64,000 nucleotides of DNA from Eledone cirrhosa (Eukaryota). The stretch covers positions 107,570,001 to 107,634,000 of the forward strand of contig OZ024745.1 of assembly GCA_964016885.1 (NCBI GenBank). The letters are read 5' to 3'. The first letter of the stretch is position 1. Each line of letters begins with the position of its first letter. This document shows positions 1 through 14,691 of this stretch, piece after piece. The translations under genes were made by a program, and so were the position numbers. Under the pieces are notes generated by a model. That model worked only from the letters and a program-made list of their open reading frames with translations. It was not told where the DNA came from and did not search any database.

Positions 1-219
1 TGCCTGACCTTGTGCCTATATAAGAAACCATTATGGATTGGCAGTATCGGTAGAGGGTCGGACGCCATGCTTTAACGCAGAGTTACGGCCGTTGCCATTC
101 TGAGTTCAAATCCCGCCGAGGCTAACTTTGCCTTTCATCCTGACGGGGTCGATAAAATAAAGTACCAGTAATACACTGGGATAATTGCTGGCCTTGTGTT
201 AAAAGTAGAAACAATTATT
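1..219 (+). mobile_element. tRNA-derived SINE family A: 3' remnant (1-34) plus near-full copy (35-219)
   Basis: A-box-like TGGCAGTATCGG, B-box GAGTTCAAATCC, central GCCTTTCATCC..GGGGTCGATAAAATAAAGTACCAG, 3' end GTAGAAACA(ATT)n; recurs about 15 times in the window. Confidence 0.85.
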
Positions 220-229
220 ATTATTTTCT

Positions 230-880
230 AGGTCTAGAAGAAGGGCTTGTGCCCATGACCCTTGCAGATCTTCGAAAATAGATTAGATTAAATCTGTTGG
301 CGTTCAGTTCACACGTCGATTTTGCATGAAAAAACATGCACAGAAAAAGTTGCAGCAGGGTGAAACTCCAGGGAAGAAGAACTGTGCACTGTGTTTTGTG
401 CAGAGCTCGGGCGTTGGAGACAGAATGGATGACGAGAGTAGAATTGATGAGTGAAATGGGAATGTCTGAGTGAAGGTGACATGAGGATGTCACCTTCACT
501 CAGACATTCGCTCCGAGGATGAAGAGCCTTTTTAGTTGTGGTAGAAATGTGAACCCAAGACGGGAGCATATTTTTCAGTGACATTATGTCAATCATATGG
601 TTGGCCTTTCTCGTGATGTGGTGTATGATTTATATATGTATCGCAGCAACAGTGTTCTGGATGTGGGAGCACTACTCCATTGTAAGTTTTACCTGAACAT
701 TCTAGTGGGTCAGAATTTGATGGGGACAAAATTATTTTCCGCGTTCTCCATTCGAGACCTTTATTACGTGTGAGACTAACATTATATTTCATGTCTCTTA
801 AGATTATTAATATTTCGGTCCATAGACCAGGTATGAGTAAGTTTTTCGAGCAGTGGGCTGTATAGGAACGCATAAGACAC
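230..880 (-). pseudogene. Decayed CR1-group/L2-like LINE ORF2 3' end
   Basis: Minus-strand translation across stops and frameshifts gives *NVQVKLTME*CSHI (compare YKAQVRPTMEYCSHIW), then HPFCLQ..FFP..ANRFNLI, typical of the post-RT C-terminus. Confidence 0.6.
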
Positions 881-885
881 ATCAT

Positions 886-995
886 AAGGCGGGCAGCGTT
901 ATTAAAAAGTTCGAGGCAATTTTGAAATTAGGCGTGCTATTCAGAAAGCTAAACAGACCTCATACAGCTCGTGGGCTGCAGTTTGCCCATGACTG
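886..995. mobile_element. Possible hAT/Charlie-like MITE remnant
   Basis: Right end GGGCTGCAGTTTGCCCATGACTG resembles Charlie-type termini; left end not clear. Confidence 0.3.
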
Positions 996-2867
996 CTATA
1001 TAGTATATGTAAAGTGAGTGCCAGCCTAATATCACCACATATATGCTATAGCTAATAATGCTAAGCAGTTCATGACGTATATATGTAATTCTTCTGATTT
1101 TAAATGAGATCTATAAATATTTTAAGTGCCAAAATATATAGTTCCCATTGATATTCGTACAGACTTTACTTAAATAGTTTTACTTTTATACATGACTGAG
1201 TATTTTATAATAGATGGGTTGTAAAGCTGCTTTATTATAAGCTCTTCATGGAGTTATATCTCGTGTGGGCAACGTTTTTGCAGTTTTAACCTGAAGTATA
1301 TTTCAGTACTCCTGCTACAACCTTTATCAGTACTGAGAATTCTCTAGGTAACATTCACCCATATCATATACATCCGGTCATCCATGGATAATATGTAGAG
1401 GGGCTGTTTATCCACTTCTCAGAGTAGTAAATATAAAATCTATTCATTCTACATTGTTAGATATTTGCCATACAGACAAAAAGTTGCTTTATAACATATA
1501 CAATATATCGCACATTCCTATAACATCTAAACCTAAAAGTGTTTCGCTCCCTGTAACATCTACAAATAAGAAATGTCACACTCTTGTATCATGTAAACCG
1601 AAACAGAAGTTAAATTTGTAAGCCATTTGGCTCTAGTTACAACCCAGTGTAGAGAACTCATCTGTATGCAGTGGAAAAAGGTTTGGAATCTATAAATTTC
1701 TCTCATTTTTATGTTTACAATTAATGAACTCATCTCAAACAATATAATGATATTGAATTTAATGACTATAACGACATTGAATTTTCTATAATGACATTGA
1801 ATTTAAATAAGATGATATTTAACAAGAAATATAATAAGGTTTTTGACAGAAAAGTCGTTAATTTACATATTAAAGAAACAACCACAGATTAACAATCGCC
1901 ATGATTTTCTTCAATATCAACTGTTTATTACTTAATTTAAATACTCCAGCCCGTACTTTATTGACACGCAGTGTGTCTCTGTACATATTATGATTTCAAT
2001 ATTGTTAGCAGTTTAATGTCCATTTCAGATAGTTTCAGTTTGGGTTTAAAGTTTGTTAAAGTTAAAATCTTGAAATTTATTGAGTTTCCAATTTTGCATC
2101 GTTAAATTCTTTCACTTACCCTTCTATTTAGACAAAAAGTTACAGTTTTTAATTTTACCCCTGATTGTTTCATATGCAAAATACAGTCTGTTGTATTATG
2201 ATAAAATTTAGAACGTGGTACTATACTAACTTGTATATAACCTGATTCCGATCAGTGGCCAGCGAAAACTTTTCCCTTACTCTCGGTGAGAAAGATAATT
2301 TCAAAACAATTTATTTATACTGATGATATTCATTTATAGCAAAGACGAAACTATTCAAATTTGAGTGAGGGGTGTAGTCAATTAATTTGACAGCAGTACT
2401 TGATTGGCATTTAATTTTAGTAACAGACAGATTAATGATATAGTTGTAAAGCTGAATTTAGTGTGATGTGAACTTGGAAGATAAAGGCTTATAACTCAAT
2501 AATCAGTCAGGTCTAGACTGTTGCCCAACAGGCAGTTGCAAGCTGTTAAAATACTAGCTTCTCTCTCATGTGTTTATTATGGAACCATGGCGGTGGACAT
2601 ATCTAATGGTACCGATAAAGGAATTTTATACATATTTCTCTTGTACTTGTCTTTGACTTTATGCTACCTTTACGTCTTATTTTCATATGATTATTCAATT
2701 CTCACACTTCCTTTCTGTATTCGTAATTATACGCACTGTGCTCATTTTCCTTTTCTTACAATTTGGTAATTTAGATAAGAGGAGCTATGGTCAAAACTAA
2801 AGCAAGGGAAATAATCATAGCTGAATGTTTTATAGACTATATCCATCCGTTATTTTAATACATTATT

Positions 2868-3057
2868 GGTGGATTGGCAGTATTGGTAGAGCGTCAAACA
2901 CCAAGCTTTGCAGCATGGAATTATAGCCCTTTACATTCTGAGTTCAAATCCCGCCCAGGTTTACTTTGCCTTTCATCCTTACGGGGTCGATAAAATAAAG
3001 TACCAGTAATGCACTGGGGTAATTGCTGGCCTTGTGCCAAAAGTAGAAATAATTATT
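2868..3057 (+). mobile_element. SINE family A copy
   Basis: Full-length match to 35-219. Confidence 0.85.
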
Positions 3058-3287
3058 ATGTTCGATATAATTCTTAGTTTTTGTTTGGTGCACCCCCACC
3101 CATCACACATACACGCACATATACACACACGCACACATGTTGACACACACTCACACACAAACATATCCATTGTATATATGTATATATATATATAAATATA
3201 TATATATACTAAAAAAAAGCCCTCCTCTTGTTCTCATTCATTTCTGTCACCCCTAGTAACTCTAAATTTCCTTCTATTTCTCTCCTT

Positions 3288-3332
<45 letters not shown>

Positions 3333-3745
3333 CTTTTCACTCTGTTTTCCTCTCTCCTACCATATTTATCTATCCATCATCCTTCCATACATGTCTATGT
3401 AACACACGCCATGAGACAAACACAAACACAAGCAATGCATAACCAAAAAAAAAGACTACCCACAAAACCACCTGGGAAACAAACCTACCAATATGTTTAC
3501 CCAAGGCTTCCCATATCATTTAATTCCGTCTCTTCTCAATATAATGATCCTAACCTCTTTCTCTACATTTACACCATTTTCCTTCAATTCTCATGCTGGC
3601 CACATTCCAGCCACAATCTTCTCTATTCATCCATAGTAGTTCAGCATCTAAGCCCTCCCTTCCACATCAAATTTGGGGTTTCAAAAGTATTCATTTATTT
3701 GTATTCTTTTATTCATTTTTACTTCATTTCCCTCAAATATATTCA

Positions 3746-3750
3746 CATAT

Positions 3751-3829
<79 letters not shown>

Positions 3830-3988
3830 CATATACATACATATATACATACAGACACATATATATATATATATACATATATATATGTATATGTATGCAT
3901 ATATATATATATATATATATGCATACATATACATATATATATATATATATGTATATGTATATATACATACATACATATATATATGTAT

Positions 3989-4030
<42 letters not shown>

Positions 4031-4033
4031 TAC

Positions 4034-4065
<32 letters not shown>

Positions 4066-4090
4066 GTATATATACATACATATATATATG

Positions 4091-4127
<37 letters not shown>

Positions 4128-4137
4128 GTGTGTATAA

Positions 4138-4169
<32 letters not shown>

Positions 4170-4260
4170 CGTGGGAGAGAAAGAAAGAGGGGAGAGAATG
4201 ATACATACATAAATATAAATATATATACGCTTATATATAAATATTCAAATGTATATATGC

Positions 4261-4308
<48 letters not shown>

Positions 4309-4330
4309 GTGTGTGTGTGTGTGTCCAAAC
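3746..4330. repeat. Compound (TA)n/(CA)n/(GA)n/(TG)n microsatellite
   Basis: Seen directly. Confidence 0.95.
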
Positions 4331-7300
4331 ATATGCATACACATATGTGTATCTGTATATGTTCATAAATGTATATACTTAATGGGATTTTTTGATGATT
4401 ACACAGAAAACTGCTCTATTATCGACTGAATGGGACAGGCAAATAATTAAGAACTAATCGACCAATTCCGGAGTATTAATATTTTTCAGTGGTCTTTTTT
4501 AATTGCGTGCTTTCACAGCGTATCCGAGTGCATCACTGTCTGCCTTGGGTACATGCAGTATTTTGCTTTTGGTTTTGTGATTTCTATTGGAAACACTCTA
4601 TGTAATATATGAGTAGTTCCTAATACTATTGCTTTCTCTATTTTGTAGATACTTGTGAGTCTTTTAGGTTTGGTTATATATTTTCCAGCATCCTTTTAAT
4701 GTTTTAATGTTGTCCACTCCTTGATTTACTTACCCTCTGTCAGGTCTTAAACGATATTGAAAATGGAGTGTTTACCTCTCCCTTATTCTTTTGCATATTT
4801 CTGAATTACATTGTGATTTCATCGGTTTGTTATCAATTTTTACTGCTGTTCTATCCTCTTCTAAATCTTTGTTACACTGTAGTTAATTTCCAACTAATTA
4901 TTATCGATTATAAATATTTTAAAGACAACCATATAGAGAAGATTTTGTATAATTTATCCGTAGCATCTATAACCATTGTAGCTTTCAACCAACAAATCTA
5001 TTTATGGAGATAGAGCTAGACAAAAGAATTAGTGAAGGAAATTTCTTCTAAAATTCCTAGAAAGGTCCTGTTTAAATGGGTATAGATCTAACTTTAATCA
5101 TCTTCTCTTTACTTTGTAATGATATTGTAGCATTCGGATTTGACTTGGCATGAGTAATGTATTTTGTTGCCTTTGGGGCAGCTATATATATATATATATA
5201 TAATATATGTATATATACATGTATATATACATGTGTATACGTGTGTGCGTATGTGTACTGACTCCAGTATTCATTTTAAGACAGTAGAATGTGTTTACGG
5301 GGAAATTTTGTAGTTATTTCTTTAGCAGATTTAGCGATAGCAGACATAATTTCTTTTTTGTTTGAGAGGCTATCAAGTTAGTGCAAACCAAAAACGCTCT
5401 TAGAACAACACTAATATTTTGTTTTCATGTGATTATACGAAAGGGCCTGCACTCACGCTTTGCCGACAGATCTCCTAGGCCAAACGCAACACATGAATAC
5501 TGATACATTTGTTCAAAGGTATCCGTTCGAGATATAATGAGAACAATGTTTCGACAATCGTGTTTCTCTTTAGACGGAGTTGATAAAGGCAGTTACTCGT
5601 TCTGTTATCTGAGCATATATATACTAGTATGTACCGAGAGAAAAATATATAAAAAGGATGGGGTGAACAATTGTAATGAACTCAGTGCATTTATACATAG
5701 TCAAATACATTCTGTCTTATTGAAGGGAAACTACTTCCAGTATTCTACAGAGAAATACCTTATGTTCGAATGTTTAGAATATCCAGGAGCTATTTTACAT
5801 GTTAATTAGAGGAATAGGAACCATACAAGGCTCGCCCTAATTCGTCTCAACGAAACGTTTACTCACTGAGATTGTTCTATGGTTAATTAAGTTAGCTGGG
5901 GCGATGATCGATGATTATGGTAATGTTATATACAAGAAATTTAAATATACCAAATAAAGAAAATATGAATATATATATCAAATGTTATACGCCCAGGATA
6001 ACATACTTCAGCCACTGCCTCTTTGGCAGATGTTGATAAAAACAATAAAGACAAGTTGAAGTAAATGTATAACAAATATTCATGAATAAGCGCACTATTT
6101 TTCTCAAATTTATACACGAGTCAATCTTAACGACGTTTAGAAATCTAAACACATGCAAATTATCAGTGAATTTCTTTAGCTCCATTTCAACCCTGATCGA
6201 GATGATTTATGATTAAATATATTTCAGTCATAATTATCTCAAACCATCTTTTTTTTTTTTAGTACTAGATCTACACGATATGATGTGTCGTTTCCTCACA
6301 AAAGTTGGTAGATTATGATTGAGGCAAATTTGCCCGTTATTTCTAGTAAGTGGAGGAACCACACAAGAACCCTTTATTGGCTCGTGTTAATAGCATTGAC
6401 AAAATATATATACGGGATGATCACGCTTGAAATGACTTTGAGTATTCGTATGTTCAGTGAGTTTTCTTTACACTTCTCCCAGTTTAATAAGTAAACGCTA
6501 TTGAGATTAATCCCGGCAGAATTGTGATAGCATATTTTAACCACAGTTTCGTACTTAATTCATATAGACTGTCTTTTCAGGTCAAGTATGGAGGTTGGTT
6601 TTGATGTATATACCGTTCGCTTGTTACTAGACTGCGCACATTAGCATCGGTCGACCAATATTCACCCTGTTGATTAGGCCAGCATATCAGTATCTTGCTG
6701 ACTAGGATTGCGCATTCAACGACTTTATTTTCATTATTTTTATTTATTTATTTATTCTTTTCATTTTCCCGTTCAATCAAAAGTAATCAATGAGATAACA
6801 AGAATAATGAAATTAGCTATAATCAGCAAACGTGCTTCGGCAGTCATTTTCTTATAGTTTGTTTGCACTATATTTGTTGTTGTTGTTATTACTGCTGCTA
6901 CTGATGTTGTTGCTGCTCCTTCTACTGCTGCTATTGTTGTTGTTGTTAAGGAGGATATTATTTTCTTGTTACAATTTTTTTATGATTTATTTTTGCTTTC
7001 GCCATTCAATTTTTTTTCTTTGTTCTTTTAATATATGTTTATATTATAAAGCTTTTTGTAGATATTTAATTCTTTGTTATATTTTTAGTTTTATGTTTAA
7101 ATGTCTTTATTTTTTCCTATTTTTAATATCATATATGTTATTATAATTGTTATATTTTATTTTGCATTTTTGTTTTATTTTTCTTGATATATATTTGTTT
7201 TTTTTTGTGTTTTGTTTTTTTTCTTCCTCATTTCCTTATTGTATATTTATTTTTCTTTCCGGCTTTTTATTAATTTATTACCATTAATTTTTTTTGTAAA

Positions 7301-7821
7301 AGTCAGCAAATTATCAAAATGTCGCCTGGCGTCTGCCTGTTGGAGGAAAGGAAGAAAATTGATGATCTAACTTCTTCTCCATCTATCTTTCTGTAATGTA
7401 CGAAATCTAATTGATGAGAAATCTAATGGAGTCAGGTAAAACAAGTTCATATTTCATTGCTTTCTTCTTCTTCTTCTTATTATTATTATTATTATTATTC
7501 TTTTTCTTTTTTTTCTTCTTCTTCTTCTTCACATAATTCACCGATTAGAAAAAAAACAATATATATATGTATATATCCAAACCTCACACACAATAAAATA
7601 TTCCATATCACGTAAATACCTGTCACAGGTTCACACATACATACGAACACGGTGTAACAGACACACGCAGCTATAATAACATTTTCCATAAGCGGAAAAA
7701 GTACATACAAATACGTACACTTTCAAGTAAAAGTTCATGTACAAATAAGTAGGTACAGATTAAATATAGAATAAATTAAGTATAGAGATTGCTTATGTAA
7801 ACATAAGAATATAGTATGAAG

Positions 7822-8140
7822 TGGTGTTGGACCTCCGTCGGTTCAGAGGAAAAGTGTTACATTTGATTTGATCAAACGGAGCAACCTGCTGCTGAAATTA
7901 AATTACATGTGGTTCAGGATTCCACCGACACGTGTATCCTTAACGTCATTATGAAGGAAATTCGATGTGACACAGGGTTTGACAAGGCAAGCCCTATGAA
8001 TTACAGATACAACTCATTTTTGCAAACTGAGTGGACTAGAGCAACATAAAATAAAGTGTTTTGTTCAACGATACAACGTGACTAATCGAAGTCGTGATCA
8101 TGTGCCAAACCTTCTCACCACGTAGTCATGCGCCTTCACG
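7822..8140 (-). mobile_element. Old CORE-type SINE
   Basis: Reverse complement has a degenerate tRNA head, then TTGAACAAAACACTTTATTTTATGTTGCTC, similar to the 38406 copy. Confidence 0.5.
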
Positions 8141-8390
8141 AAAGTTTATAGATTCATACAGATAACTAAAGAAAGATGGGCGAAGACAACGGAAAAACGG
8201 ACAAAACCTAGTGCAGTCCTTTCTCACCAGTTGACTTTCGGAGGTTCTTGTCATTTCAGTGCATTAAGGTCGATATCACTATCTCCAGTGGACATAGGAT
8301 AGTAATAAATTGACACAAGACGATGCTCTTTTGACCAATGTGTTGCAACCGAAAAGAAGAGATACAAACGAAGTCCAACATGTTAGCCAA

Positions 8391-11300
8391 GAAAAGAAAG
8401 TGTATACAGAAGGCAAAGTAAGAAAGAGGTGAATGAGACAAAAAGTATAAAAACATTAATAAAAAGAAAGTGTATACAGAAGGCAAAGTAAGAAAGAGGT
8501 GAACGAGATAAAAAGTATAAAAACATTAATAAAAAGAAAGTGTATACAGAAGGCAAAGTAAGAAAGAGGTGAACGAGACAAAAAGTATAAAAACATTAAT
8601 AAAAAGAAAGTGTATACAGAAGGCAAAGTAAGAAAGAGGTGAATGAGACAAAAAGTATAAAAACATTAATAAAAAGAAAGTGTATACAGAAGGCAAAGTA
8701 AGAAAGAGGTGAACGAGACAAAAAGTATAAAAACATTAATAAAAAGAAAGTGTATACAGAAGGCAAAGTAAGAAAGAGGTGAATGAGACAAAAAGTATAA
8801 AAACATTAATAAAAAGAAAGTTTATACATAAGGCAAAGTAAGAAAGAGGTGAACGAGACAAAAAGTATAAAAACATTAATAAAAAGAAAGTGTATACAGA
8901 AGGCAAAGTAAGAAAGAGGTGAACGAGATAAAAAGTATAAAAACATTAATAAAAAGAAAGTGTATACAGAAGGCAAAGTAAGAAAGAGGTGAACGAGACA
9001 AAAAGTATAAAAACATTAATAAAAAGAAAGTGTATACAGAAGGCAAAGTAAGAAAGAGGTGAACGAGATAAAAAGTATAAAAACATTAATAAAAAGAAAG
9101 TGTATACAGAAGGCAAAGTAAGAAAGATGTGAACGAGACAAAAAGTATAAAAACATTAATAAAAAGAAAGTGTATACAGAAGGCAAAGTAAGAAAGAGGT
9201 GAACGAGACAAAAAGTATAAAAACATTAATAAAAAGAAAGTGTATACAGAAGGCAAAGTAAGAAAGAGGTGAACGAGACAAAAAGTATAAAAACATTAAT
9301 AAAAAGAAAGTGTATACAGAAGGCAAAGTAAGAAAGAGGTGAACGAGACAAAAAGTATAAAAACATTAATAAAAAGAAAGTGTATACAGAAGGCAAAGTA
9401 AGAAAGAGGTGAACGAGATAAAAAGTATAAAAACATTAATAAAAAGAAAGTGTATACAGAAGGCAAAGTAAGAAAGAGGTGAACGAGACAAAAAGTATAA
9501 AAACATTAATAAAAAGAAAGTGTATACAGAAGGCAAAGTAAGAAAGAGGTGAACGAGACAAAAAGTATAAAAACATTAATAAAAAGAAAGTGTATACAGA
9601 AGGCAAAGTAAGAAAGAGGTGAACGAGATAAAAAGTATAAAAACATTAATAAAAAGAAAGTGTATACAGAAGGCAAAGTAAGAAAGAGCTGAACGAGACA
9701 AAAAGTATAAAAACATTAATAAAAAGAAAGTGTATACAGAAGGCAAAGTAAGAAAGAGCTGAACGAGACAAAAAGTATAAAAACATTAATAAAAAGAAAG
9801 TGTATACAGAAGGCAAAGTAAGAAAGAGGTGAACGAGACAAAAAGTATAAAAACATTAATAAAAAGAAAGTGTATACAGAAGGCAAAGTAAGAAAGAGGT
9901 GAATGAGACAAAAAGTATAAAAACATTAATAAAAAGAAAGTTTATACAGAAGGCAAAGTAAGAAAGAGGTGAACGAGACAAAAAGTATAAAAACATTAAT
10001 AAAAAGAAAGTTTATACATAAGGCAAAGTAAGAAAGAGGTGAACGAGATAAAAAGTATAAAAACATTAATAAAAAGAAAGTTTATACATAAGGCAAAGTA
10101 AGAAAGAGGTGAACGAGATAAAAAGTATAAAAACATTAATAAAAAGAAAGTGTATACAGAAGGCAAAGTAAGAAAGAGGTGAACGAGACAAAAAGTATAA
10201 AAACATTAATAAAAAGAAAGTGTATACAGAAGGCAAAGTAAGAAAGAGGTGAATGAGACAAAAAGTATAAAAACATTAATAAAAAGAAAGTTTATACATA
10301 AGGCAAAGTAAGAAAGAGGTGAACGAGACAAAAAGTATAAAAACATTAATAAAAAGAAAGTGTATACAGAAGGCAAAGTAAGAAAGAGGTGAACGAGATA
10401 AAAAGTATAAAAACATTAATAAAAAGAAAGTGTATACAGAAGGCAAAGTAAGAAAGAGCTGAACGAGACAAAAAGTATAAAAACATTAATAAAAAGAAAG
10501 TGTATACAGAAGGCAAAGTAAGAAAGAGCTGAACGAGACAAAAAGTATAAAAACATTAATAAAAAGAAAGTGTATACAGAAGGCAAAGTAAGAAAGAGGT
10601 GAACGAGACAAAAAGTATAAAAACATTAATAAAAAGAAAGTGTATACAGAAGGCAAAGTAAGAAAGAGGTGAATGAGACAAAAAGTATAAAAACATTAAT
10701 AAAAAGAAAGTTTATACATAAGGCAAAGTAAGAAAGAGGTGAACGAGACAAAAAGTATAAAAACATTAATAAAAAGAAAGTGTATACAGAAGGCAAAGTA
10801 AGAAAGAGGTGAACGAGACAAAAAGTATAAAAACATTAATAAAAAGAAAGTGTATACAGAAGGCAAAGTAAGAAAGAGGTGAACGAGACAAAAAGTATAA
10901 AAACATTAATAAAAAGAAAGTGTATACAGAAGGCAAAGTAAGAAAGATGTGAACGAGACAAAAAGTATAAAAACATTAATAAAAAGAAAGTGTATACAGA
11001 AGGCAAAGTAAGAAAGAGGTGAACGAGACAAAAAGTATAAAAACATTAATAAAAAGAAAGTGTATACAGAAGGCAAAGTAAGAAAGAGGTGAATGAGACA
11101 AAAAGTATAAAAACATTAATAAAAAGAAAGTGTATACAGAAGGCAAAGTAAGAAAGAGGTGAACGAGACAAAAAGTATAAAAACATTAATAAAAAGAAAG
11201 TGTATACAGAAGGCAAAGTAAGAAAGAGGTGAATGAGACAAAAAGTATAAAAACATTAATAAAAAGAAAGTGTATACAGAAGGCAAAGTAAGAAAGAGGT

Positions 11301-14300
11301 GAACGAGACAAAAAGTATAAAAACATTAATAAAAAGAAAGTGTATACAGAAGGCAAAGTAAGAAAGAGGTGAATGAGACAAAAAGTATAAAAACATTAAT
11401 AAAAAGAAAGTGTATACAGAAGGCAAAGTAAGAAAGAGGTGAACGAGACAAAAAGTATAAAAACATTAATAAAAAGAAAGTGTATACAGAAGGCAAAGTA
11501 AGAAAGAGGTGAACGAGATAAAAAGTATAAAAACATTAATAAAAAGAAAGTGTATACAGAAGGCAAAGTAAGAAAGAGGTGAATGAGACAAAAAGTATAA
11601 AAACATTAATAAAAAGAAAGTGTATACAGAAGGCAAAGTAAGAAAGAGGTGAACGAGACAAAAAGTATAAAAACATTAATAAAAAGAAAGTGTATACAGA
11701 AGGCAAAGTAAGAAAGAGGTGAACGAGACAAAAAGTATAAAAACATTAATAAAAAGAAAGTGTATACAGAAGGCAAAGTAAGAAAGAGGTGAACGAGATA
11801 AAAAGTATAAAAACATTAATAAAAAGAAAGTGTATACAGAAGGCAAAGTAAGAAAGAGGTGAACGAGACAAAAAGTATAAAAACATTAATAAAAAGAAAG
11901 TGTATACAGAAGGCAAAGTAAGAAAGAGGTGAACGAGATAAAAAGTATAAAAACATTAATAAAAAGAAAGTGTATACAGAAGGCAAAGTAAGAAAGAGGT
12001 GAATGAGACAAAAAGTATAAAAACATTAATAAAAAGAAAGTGTATACAGAAGGCAAAGTAAGAAAGAGGTGAACGAGACAAAAAGTATAAAAACATTAAT
12101 AAAAAGAAAGTGTATACAGAAGGCAAAGTAAGAAAGAGGTGAACGAGACAAAAAGTATAAAAACATTAATAAAAAGAAAGTGTATACAGAAGGCAAAGTA
12201 AGAAAGAGGTGAACGAGACAAAAAGTATAAAAACATTAATAAAAAGAAAGTGTATACAGAAGGCAAAGTAAGAAAGAGGTGAACGAGACAAAAAGTATAA
12301 AAACATTAATAAAAAGAAAGTGTATACAGAAGGCAAAGTAAGAAAGAGGTGAACGAGACAAAAAGTATAAAAACATTAATAAAAAGAAAGTGTATACAGA
12401 AGGCAAAGTAAGAAAGAGGTGAACGAGACAAAAAGTATAAAAACATTAATAAAAAGAAAGTGTATACAGAAGGCAAAGTAAGAAAGAGGTGAACGAGATA
12501 AAAAGTATAAAAACATTAATAAAAAGAAAGTGTATACAGAAGGCAAAGTAAGAAAGAGGTGAACGAGACAAAAAGTATAAAAACATTAATAAAAAGAAAG
12601 TGTATACAGAAGGCAAAGTAAGAAAGAGGTGAACGAGACAAAAAGTATAAAAACATTAATAAAAAGAAAGTGTATACAGAAGGCAAAGTAAGAAAGAGGT
12701 GAACGAGATAAAAAGTATAAAAACATTAATAAAAAGAAAGTGTATACAGAAGGCAAAGTAAGAAAGAGGTGAACGAGACAAAAAGTATAAAAACATTAAT
12801 AAAAAGAAAGTGTATACAGAAGGCAAAGTAAGAAAGAGGTGAACGAGACAAAAAGTATAAAAACATTAATAAAAAGAAAGTGTATACAGAAGGCAAAGTA
12901 AGAAAGAGGTGAACGAGATAAAAAGTATAAAAACATTAATAAAAAGAAAGTGTATACAGAAGGCAAAGTAAGAAAGAGGTGAACGAGACAAAAAGTATAA
13001 AAACATTAATAAAAAGAAAGTGTATACAGAAGGCAAAGTAAGAAAGAGGTGAACGAGACAAAAAGTATAAAAACATTAATAAAAAGAAAGTGTATACAGA
13101 AGGCAAAGTAAGAAAGAGGTGAACGAGACAAAAAGTATAAAAACATTAATAAAAAGAAAGTGTATACAGAAGGCAAAGTAAGAAAGATGTGAACGAGATA
13201 AAAAGTATAAAAACATTAATAAAAAGAAAGTGTATACAGAAGGCAAAGTAAGAAAGAGGTGAACGAGACAAAAAGTATAAAAACATTAATAAAAAGAAAG
13301 TGTATACAGAAGGCAAAGTAAGAAAGATGTGAACGAGATAAAAAGTATAAAAACATTAATAAAAAGAAAGTGTATACAGAAGGCAAAGTAAGAAAGAGGT
13401 GAACGAGACAAAAAGTATAAAAACATTAATAAAAAGAAAGTGTATACAGAAGGCAAAGTAAGAAAGAGGTGAACGAGATAAAAAGTATAAAAACATTAAT
13501 AAAAAGAAAGTGTATACAGAAGGCAAAGTAAGAAAGAGGTGAACGAGACAAAAAGTATAAAAACATTAATAAAAAGAAAGTGTATACAGAAGGCAAAGTA
13601 AGAAAGATGTGAACGAGATAAAAAGTATAAAAACATTAATAAAAAGAAAGTGTATACAGAAGGCAAAGTAAGAAAGAGGTGAATGAGACAAAAAGTATAA
13701 AAACATTAATAAAAAGAAAGTGTATACAGAAGGCAAAGTAAGAAAGAGGTGAACGAGACAAAAAGTATAAAAACATTAATAAAAAGAAAGTGTATACAGA
13801 AGGCAAAGTAAGAAAGAGGTGAACGAGATAAAAAGTATAAAAACATTAATAAAAAGAAAGTGTATACAGAAGGCAAAGTAAGAAAGAGGTGAACGAGACA
13901 AAAAGTATAAAAACATTAATAAAAAGAAAGTGTATACAGAAGGCAAAGTAAGAAAGAGGTGAACGAGACAAAAAGTATAAAAACATTAATAAAAAGAAAG
14001 TGTATACAGAAGGCAAAGTAAGAAAGAGGTGAATGAGACAAAAAGTATAAAAACATTAATAAAAAGAAAGTGTATACAGAAGGCAAAGTAAGAAAGAGGT
14101 GAATGAGACAAAAAGTATAAAAACATTAATAAAAAGAAAGTGTATACAGAAGGCAAAGTAAGAAAGAGGTGAACGAGATAAAAAGTATAAAAACATTAAT
14201 AAAAAGAAAGTGTATACAGAAGGCAAAGTAAGAAAGAGGTGAACGAGACAAAAAGTATAAAAACATTAATAAAAAGAAAGTGTATACAGAAGGCAAAGTA

Positions 14301-14333
14301 AGAAAGATGTGAACGAGACAAAAAGTATAAAAA
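8391..14333. repeat. 70-bp tandem satellite, about 85 copies
   Basis: Unit AAAAAGAAAGTGTATACAGAAGGCAAAGTAAGAAAGAGGTGAACGAGACAAAAAGTATAAAAACATTAAT with only a few recurrent substitutions and no visible indels. Confidence 0.98.
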
Positions 14334-14340
14334 AGAAATA

Positions 14341-14367
14341 GTTCGTTTGGACGTTAGTCCTACATAG
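14341..14367 (-). ncRNA. Decayed hammerhead ribozyme motif
   Basis: CT-ATGTAGGACTAACGTCC-AAACG aligns to the 50739 motif CTGATGAAGGACTAGCGTCCGAAACG; stem II GGAC/GTCC retained, core broken. Confidence 0.45.
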
Positions 14368-14588
14368 ACAGACACACCCAGCTGAGGTATATAATATATT
14401 TAGACACTATACCATCTTGAATAGATCATAAGTTGTTAATCAAATTTAGTATACAGAGGTTATGCAAACACGCACACATATACACATACATACATTTGCA
14501 TAATAGACCAATAATAAAATTAGTAACCCCACTATCCGGGAGCTTCCAACCGACATGGTCGCATTCTTTAAGGGTATGTCAATATTTG

Positions 14589-14691
14589 TTTATAAAACTG
14601 ATCTATATTATATTTTATCTGATGAAAGCGCAGCATAATTTGCTTTGGTGTCTTTGAAATATGTATAATGAAATAAATATGGTTTTATAAA
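14589..14691 (+). ncRNA. Type I hammerhead ribozyme, complete core
   Basis: Stem I TATTTTAT(14611-18)/ATGAAATA(14668-75), extended by TTTATAAAAC/GTTTTATAAA; CTGATGA 14619-25; bulged stem II (AGCA/TGCT apical); GAAA 14656-59; short stem III ATATGTAT; AUA cleavage triplet. Confidence 0.65.

Noticed and set aside
8391-14333. CRISPR-like array
   Set aside because: No unique spacers; contiguous near-identical monomers; eukaryotic context, no cas genes
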